Assembly: GCA_015229165.1 (NCBI GenBank)
Contig: JADGCD010000003.1
Location: 1-41,006 of the forward strand
Length of the DNA: 41,006 bases
From: Nitrospinota bacterium
GTDB taxonomy: Bacteria > Nitrospinota_A > UBA7883 > JADGGD01
Direction of reading: 5' to 3'
The translations under genes and the position numbers were made by a program. Shown here piece after piece: positions 35,712 to 41,006 of this stretch; position 1 is the stretch's first letter, and the number at the start of each line of letters is the position of its first letter. Below the pieces are notes generated by a model that saw only the letters and a program-made list of their open reading frames with translations, did not search any database and was not told where the DNA came from.

Positions 35712-37403
35712 ATGCGAAGCGACCGCGTCAAAAAGGGGATCGAGAAAGCCCCCGCCCGCTCCCTCCTCTACGCCACCGGCGTCACCGAAGCGGGGATGAA
35801 GAGCCCCTTCGTGGCCGTCATCTCCTCCTTCACCGACATCATCCCCGGCCACATCGGTTTCCGCGACCTGGAGCGGGCCATCGAGCGGGGGATCCACACC
35901 GGCGGCGGGCAGGCGTTCCTGTCGTCCGTCCCCGGCGTCTGCGACGGCATCGCCATGGGGCATGTGGGAATGCACTATTCGCTCCCCACCCGGGATCTGA
36001 TCGCCGACATGATCGAGTGCGTCGTCACGGCGCACGCATTCGACGGCATGGTGATGCTGACCAACTGCGACAAGATCACCCCCGGCATGCTGATGGCCGC
36101 CGCCCGGCTGAACATCCCCACGGTCATCGTCACCGCCGGGCCGATGATGGCAGGGGTTCACCGGCAACAGCGTCGCTCGCTGGTGCGCGACACGTTCGAG
36201 GCCATCGGCCAGGTGCAGGCGGGGACCATGAGCGTCGAAGAGATGGTCGCGCTGGAAAAGGAAGCCTGCCCCGGACCCGGCTCCTGCTCCGGCATGTACA
36301 CCGCCAACACCATGGCCTGCGTCACCGAGTCGATCGGCATGTCGATCACCGGTTGCGCCACGGCGCTGGCGGTCTCGGGCAAGAAACGGCGCATGGCCTT
36401 CGACTCGGGGGTCATGGTGATGGACCTGATCAAGCGGGACATCAAGCCGCGCGACATCATGACCAAAGCCGCCTTCGAGAACGCCATCCGGCTCGATCTG
36501 GCGCTGGGAGGCTCCACCAACACAGCCTTGCACATTCCGGCCATCGCGCACGAGGTGGGGGTGAACGTCGGCATGGGCGACTTCGACCGGCTGGGGCGGA
36601 CCACGCCGCAGATCTGCTCCATCCGCCCCGGCGGCGAGGATTTCATCGAGGACATCGAATACGCAGGGGGGCTGCCTGCGGTCATGAAGGAGCTGAAAAC
36701 GATCCTGAACGACGAGGCGACCATCAACGGGACGTCGATCCACCAGATCTGCGACGCCGCCCGCAACGACAACCGGGCGGTCATCCACCCCATGGCCGAC
36801 GCCTTCAAGCCGGAGGGGGGGATCGCCTGTCTGAAGGGGAATCTTGCCCCCGACGGATGCGTGGTCAAGCAGTCGGCGGTGGCGCCGGAGATGATGAAGT
36901 TCACCGGCAAGGCCATCTGTTTCGACAGCGAAGAGAAAGCCTACGAGGCGGCGCTGGCCGGGAAAGTGAAGCCGGGGCATGCCGTCATCGTCCGCTACGA
37001 AGGGCCCAAGGGGGGGCCTGGCATGCGGGAGATGCTGGCCACCACGGCGGCGATCACCGGCATGGGGCTGTCGAAATCGGTGGCGCTCATCACCGACGGC
37101 CGCTTCTCCGGCGGCACGCGCGGCCCCTGCATCGGCCATGTCTCGCCGGAGGCGATGGCGGGGGGCCCGCTGGCGCTGGTGAAAAACGGCGACCTGATCG
37201 AGATCGACATCCCGAAGCGAAAGATCGAGCTGAAAGTCTCCGCCGCCGAGCTGGCCAAACGGCGAGCGGCGTGGAAGGCGCCCAAGCCGAAGATCACCAG
37301 CGGCTATCTGGTCCGCTACGCCGACTCGGTGACCAGCGCCGCCACCGGCGGCGTTCACCTGCCGCAGGCCCAGTTGGTCAAGAAGAGCGGAAAGAAAAAA
37401 TAG
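35712..37403 (+). CDS. ilvD: Dihydroxy-acid dehydratase
   Basis: [57 protein letters not shown]. Confidence 0.97.
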   Translation: MRSDRVKKGIEKAPARSLLYATGVTEAGMKSPFVAVISSFTDIIPGHIGFRDLERAIERGIHTGGGQAFLSSVPGVCDGIAMGHVGMHYSLPTRDLIADMIECVVTAHAFDGMVMLTNCDKITPGMLMAAARLNIPTVIVTAGPMMAGVHRQQRRSLVRDTFEAIGQVQAGTMSVEEMVALEKEACPGPGSCSGMYTANTMACVTESIGMSITGCATALAVSGKKRRMAFDSGVMVMDLIKRDIKPRDIMTKAAFENAIRLDLALGGSTNTALHIPAIAHEVGVNVGMGDFDRLGRTTPQICSIRPGGEDFIEDIEYAGGLPAVMKELKTILNDEATINGTSIHQICDAARNDNRAVIHPMADAFKPEGGIACLKGNLAPDGCVVKQSAVAPEMMKFTGKAICFDSEEKAYEAALAGKVKPGHAVIVRYEGPKGGPGMREMLATTAAITGMGLSKSVALITDGRFSGGTRGPCIGHVSPEAMAGGPLALVKNGDLIEIDIPKRKIELKVSAAELAKRRAAWKAPKPKITSGYLVRYADSVTSAATGGVHLPQAQLVKKSGKKK

Positions 37404-37423
37404 CCGCCCCCTGCGCATGTTCG

Positions 37424-37456
37424 AAGGCCCGGCCGGTTTCCCGGTCGGGCCTTTTT
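37424..37456 (+). terminator. Intrinsic terminator after ilvD
   Basis: AAGGCCCGGCCGG-TTTC-CCGGTCGGGCCTT followed by TTT. Confidence 0.8.
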
Positions 37457-37594
37457 GTGGACGGCGCCTCTACGAGTGCGTCCGTCGTCTTCGCCGACTC
37501 CGTCTCGACCGATCAATATCTCCCCTCAGAGGCGGTTCCCCCCTTCCTCCAATTGCGCTACCATGAGGCCATCGTCAACACCGGACCGAAACCG

Positions 37595-39244
37595 ATGAGC
37601 GCGAATCCCTACGCCGACCTCCCCACCACCGTGGAGATCCCCGACCGCCCCGTCACCGCGTTGCTGGACGACGCCGTGGCGCGGTTCCCGGAGCGGGTGG
37701 CGCTCTCCTTCTTCGGCGTCACCCTGACCTACCGCCAGCTCGACCGGGCCGTCGACCGGGCGGTCAACGTTATGCGCGAGCGCGGCCATCGCCCCGGCGA
37801 TCCGGTCGCCATTCTGACCCCCAACAGCCCGCATGCCGTCATCCTCTATCAGGCCGTTCTCCGGGCGGGCGGAATCGTCGTCATGCTCAACCCGTTGCTG
37901 GTGGAGCGGGAGCTTTTGACCATCCTGACCGACTGCCGGGCGAAGATCGCTTTCGTCTCGAACCTCTTCCTCGCCAAGATCGACGCCATCCAGCCGCAGA
38001 CCCCGCTCGCCTCCATTGTCGTCCTCGCGCTGGACGACTACATGCCGTGGCTCACCGGACGCCTTTTCAACGTAAAGATGCGCCTCGAAGGGAGGAAACC
38101 GCTCAACCGGCGCGACGCCACCCACACCCCGTGGAAGAGCGCCATGGCCGCCGTCCCCGACGTCGCCCTGCGCCCCCCCCTCACCTCCGCTGACACCGCC
38201 CTTTACCTCTATACCTCCGGCACCACCGGCGCCGCCAAGGCGGTGGAGCTGACCCACGCCAACGTGCTGGCCAACGCCTACCAGTGCGGCGCCTGGTTTG
38301 TGGACGCCACCCCGGGGGAGGAGGTCTTCCTGCTGGCGTTGCCCCTGTTCCACGCCTTCGGCATGACCGTCGGCATGAACACAGCGCTGCGTCTTGGCGC
38401 CACGATGGTCTTGACCCCCAAGTTCGACGCCGGACAGGTGATGAAGCTGGTGGCAAAGCATCGGGTCACCATGCTTCCCGGCGTCCCGGCCATGTACCAT
38501 GCCATCAACCACCACCCCGACGCGGCGCGACGCGACCTGTCGTCGGTTCGCTACTGCATCTCCGGCGCCGCCACCCTGCCGAAAGAGACCAAGGAGACCT
38601 TCGAGAAGCTGACCGGCGGAACGCTGGTGGAAGGATACGGCCTGTCGGAAGCGTCGCCTTGCACCCACTGCAACCCGCTGCGCGCCCCCAACAAGGAGGG
38701 CTCCATCGGCCTGCCGTTGCCCAACACCGCATACGCCATCGTCGCCGGGCCGGAAGGGGAAGAGGTTCCGGCGGGAGAGATCGGCGAACTGATCGTGAAG
38801 GGGCCGCAGGTAATGAAGGGGTATCACGGACGCCCCGCCGACAGCGACCTTGCGCTGAAGAACGGGTGGCTCTTCACCGGCGACATGGGCTACCGGGACG
38901 CCGACGGCTTCGTCTACCTGATGGACCGGAAGAAAGAGCTGGTCATCACCGGCGGTTGCAACGTTTATCCCCGTGAAGTTGAAGAGGCGTTGTACCGGAT
39001 CGACGGCGTCGTAGAGGCTGCGGTGGTCGGGATGCCCGACGACTATCTGGGAGAACAGGTCGTCGCCGCCGTCGTCGTCCGCCCCGACGCGGGGTTAACC
39101 GAAGCGTCAGTCATCGCCCGGCTGAAAGAGGATTTGGCCGGGTACAAGGTTCCGAAACGGGTCCGGTTCCTCGACACCCTGCCGAAGACGGTCATCGGCA
39201 AGGTGCTGAAGAGGCAGGTGAAGGAAGAGATGATGAAGGGGTGA
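37595..39244 (+). CDS. fadD: Long-chain-fatty-acid-CoA ligase (FadD/LcfA-like)
   Basis: YTSGTTG..K, LPLFHAFG, EGYGLSE, KGPQVMKGY, TGD, DRKKE, LPKT..GK. Start taken at MSANPY. Confidence 0.9.
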   Translation: MSANPYADLPTTVEIPDRPVTALLDDAVARFPERVALSFFGVTLTYRQLDRAVDRAVNVMRERGHRPGDPVAILTPNSPHAVILYQAVLRAGGIVVMLNPLLVERELLTILTDCRAKIAFVSNLFLAKIDAIQPQTPLASIVVLALDDYMPWLTGRLFNVKMRLEGRKPLNRRDATHTPWKSAMAAVPDVALRPPLTSADTALYLYTSGTTGAAKAVELTHANVLANAYQCGAWFVDATPGEEVFLLALPLFHAFGMTVGMNTALRLGATMVLTPKFDAGQVMKLVAKHRVTMLPGVPAMYHAINHHPDAARRDLSSVRYCISGAATLPKETKETFEKLTGGTLVEGYGLSEASPCTHCNPLRAPNKEGSIGLPLPNTAYAIVAGPEGEEVPAGEIGELIVKGPQVMKGYHGRPADSDLALKNGWLFTGDMGYRDADGFVYLMDRKKELVITGGCNVYPREVEEALYRIDGVVEAAVVGMPDDYLGEQVVAAVVVRPDAGLTEASVIARLKEDLAGYKVPKRVRFLDTLPKTVIGKVLKRQVKEEMMKG

Positions 39245-39334
39245 AGGTACCCTCCGCCTGCCATTCCGGCCAGAGGAGGGTTCAACACGTGACGCGCGTC
39301 AGAGAACCTCAATATAAGCGCCCCGACCGGTCCC

Positions 39335-40669
39335 CTATTTCTCTTCGACTTCCGGGGAGTCGGGTTGATTCGCCCCCTCGGCGGTCATGGGCAACCGGGT
39401 GGCCAACGCCTTGTCAATCCGGTAGCCGTCGAGGTCCATCACTTCAAGACGCCACCCCTCCCACTCGGTCACATCTCCGGTGCGCGGCATTCTGCCGAGA
39501 AGCCACATTATCATCCCGCTCAGCGTGTGGTAACGCCCCTTCTCCTCCTCGGGGACGCTTTTCAGGTGGAGACGGTCCTTGAGCTCGGCGATAGGAATAA
39601 GGCCGTCCAGAAGCCACGAACCGTCCTCGCGCTGGAACGCCCGCACGTCTTCCGGGTTTCGCGGCTTGAATTCGCCGGCCAACGCCTCCAGCAAATCCTG
39701 CAGGGTGACCAGCCCGAGAATCTCCCCATATTCGTCTACCACGAACACCATCTGCATCCCGGACTCCCGGAACCGTTCCAGCAACGTCAACCCGGTCATC
39801 GTTTCGGGTACATAGACGGCCGGATACAACGAATCGGTCAGGTCGACCGGCGCCCCTTTCAGATGCCGCTTCAAGAGCCTCTTGGCGGTGATGATTCCCA
39901 AGACATCGCGCATCCCCCCTCCCCTGACCACACGAAAACGGGAGTGGTCCGATTCGACCAGCCGGGCGAGCCCTTCTTCGAGAGGCCGGTCGATGTCCAG
40001 ACAGACGATCTCGCTGCGGGGGGTCATCAACGACGCGATCTGTCGGTCGTCGAGCCGGAACACGTTGCGGACCATTTCATGCTCATGCTTCTCAATCACG
40101 CCGCTCTGCGACCCCTCGACCAGCATGGCGTGGATGTCCTCCTCCGTCAGGTTGGCGGCGCCCAGCTCCTTTTTCCCCATCAGCCGCAGGATCGCGTTGG
40201 TCGAAAGCGACAGGAGGAGGACGAACGGACGCGACAACCGCGCAAGCAACGCGATCGGGCGGGCCATACGCCGTGCGATCCCCTCGGCGTTAAACTGGGC
40301 GATCCGCTTGGGAACCAACTCGCCGACGACGATGGAGACATACGTGACGCCCACCACCACCAGCGTCGTCGCCACGAGGAAGCTGCTCCCCTCCTCCATG
40401 CCCATCCGCCCGAGCAGTCCGGCAAGGGGGGCGGCAAGAACCGCTTCCCCCACGATGCCATTCAGAATGCCGATGGCGGTGATGCCGATCTGCACGGTGG
40501 ACAGAAACTGGGTCGGATCTTCGCCCAGACGTATGGCCACCGCAGCAGCCCGATCCCCCTCGTCGGCCAGCCGCTGGAGGCGGCTTTTACGGGCGGTGAC
40601 GAGCGCAAGCTCCGACATGGCGAAGAGGCCATTCAGCAAAATCAGGGCGATCAGCAGGACGATATCCAA
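39335..40669 (-). CDS. CNNM/TlyC-like (hemolysin family) DUF21-CBS-CorC protein
   Basis: LNGLFAMSELAL, LSTVQIGIT, GELVPK, MTPR, VVDEYG..GLVT..D, YHTLSG. TTG start at 40669 with GGAG upstream (ATG 40699 is an alternative). Confidence 0.92.
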   Translation of the reverse strand: MDIVLLIALILLNGLFAMSELALVTARKSRLQRLADEGDRAAAVAIRLGEDPTQFLSTVQIGITAIGILNGIVGEAVLAAPLAGLLGRMGMEEGSSFLVATTLVVVGVTYVSIVVGELVPKRIAQFNAEGIARRMARPIALLARLSRPFVLLLSLSTNAILRLMGKKELGAANLTEEDIHAMLVEGSQSGVIEKHEHEMVRNVFRLDDRQIASLMTPRSEIVCLDIDRPLEEGLARLVESDHSRFRVVRGGGMRDVLGIITAKRLLKRHLKGAPVDLTDSLYPAVYVPETMTGLTLLERFRESGMQMVFVVDEYGEILGLVTLQDLLEALAGEFKPRNPEDVRAFQREDGSWLLDGLIPIAELKDRLHLKSVPEEEKGRYHTLSGMIMWLLGRMPRTGDVTEWEGWRLEVMDLDGYRIDKALATRLPMTAEGANQPDSPEVEEK

Positions 40670-40818
40670 GCGGCTTTCTCCATAGCGGATTGTCGGCATC
40701 TGTATACCACGGCAGAAAGAGAACGACATGCCATTTTTCCCTTTGGCGGCATCCCGCAACCACCCGTTTGCGGAGTCCCCCTTCCCCCCTCCCCTTCATT
40801 CCGGCTAGAATGGTTGGA

Positions 40819-41006
40819 ATGAGTACAAAGCGAAAAAAGGTCATCCTGGCCACGACCGCCGGTTTCTGCTGGGGGGTCAAGCGGGCCATGGACATCACCA
40901 TCGACATCGCGAAAAACGCCGAATCGCCGGTCTATACCCACGGGCCGCTCATCCACAACCCGCAGGTGATCCAAACCCTCGAAGGCTCCAACGTCTTCGC
41001 CGTGAA
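40819..41006 (+). CDS. ispH: 4-hydroxy-3-methylbut-2-enyl diphosphate reductase (5' part only)
   Basis: Not in the ORF track. Manual translation: MSTKRKKVILATTAGFCWGVKRAMD...YTHGPLIHNPQV. Confidence 0.92.
   Translation, partial: MSTKRKKVILATTAGFCWGVKRAMDITIDIAKNAESPVYTHGPLIHNPQVIQTLEGSNVFAV

Noticed and set aside
36017-37594. 1075-aa ORF implying a long N-terminal fusion to the acyl-CoA ligase
   Set aside because: The extension is an Arg/Gly-rich off-frame overlap of ilvD and crosses its terminator. The same artefact extends the ORFs starting at 25280, 26008, 17398, 22387 and 4499.
39335-40669. Hemolysin/virulence factor
   Set aside because: DUF21-CBS-CorC proteins are widespread Mg/Co homeostasis proteins; the hemolysin name is historical.

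Overview
GC-rich (roughly 65% by eye) bacterial chromosomal segment with no rRNA, tRNA, CRISPR array or transposase detected. The gene content (type E SdhABE, AhbD-like radical SAM, type C two-domain multicopper oxidase, sigma54 regulation, outer-membrane proteins) fits a diderm, possibly Nitrospinota/Nitrospirota/Desulfobacterota-like organism (inference only). Left to right: (1) 1-8603, a divergon with back-to-back sigma54 promoters. Leftward are a c-type cytochrome, a TlpA-like protein with CPC instead of CxxC, and a CcdA-like protein. Rightward are tandem USP+PCP_red, radical SAM/SPASM+3xPCP_red, an NTF2-like exported protein, an FKBP, a hidden exported thioredoxin with an in-frame UGA (UxxC) plus a SECIS-like hairpin (probable selenoprotein missed by the ORF track), a type C two-domain multicopper oxidase and a transglutaminase-like protein. 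(2) About 8900-16393, a sigma54-linked envelope/stress cassette (ABM, Ig-like/DUF3494 lipoprotein, OmpA, BON, three small proteins, PAS-bEBP) with a tandem palindromic candidate enhancer. (3) yaeQ, exported FG-GAP proteins, a porin, an orphan substrate-binding protein and a hairpin-dense intergenic region. (4) sdhABE, a low-GC standalone SIR2-like gene, hsp20, a GH-like Tat lipoprotein, a coiled-coil methyltransferase, ybgC, mazG, a REPIN-like element, an orphan lipoprotein, a chagasin, ilvD, an acyl-CoA ligase, a CNNM/TlyC protein and the start of ispH.
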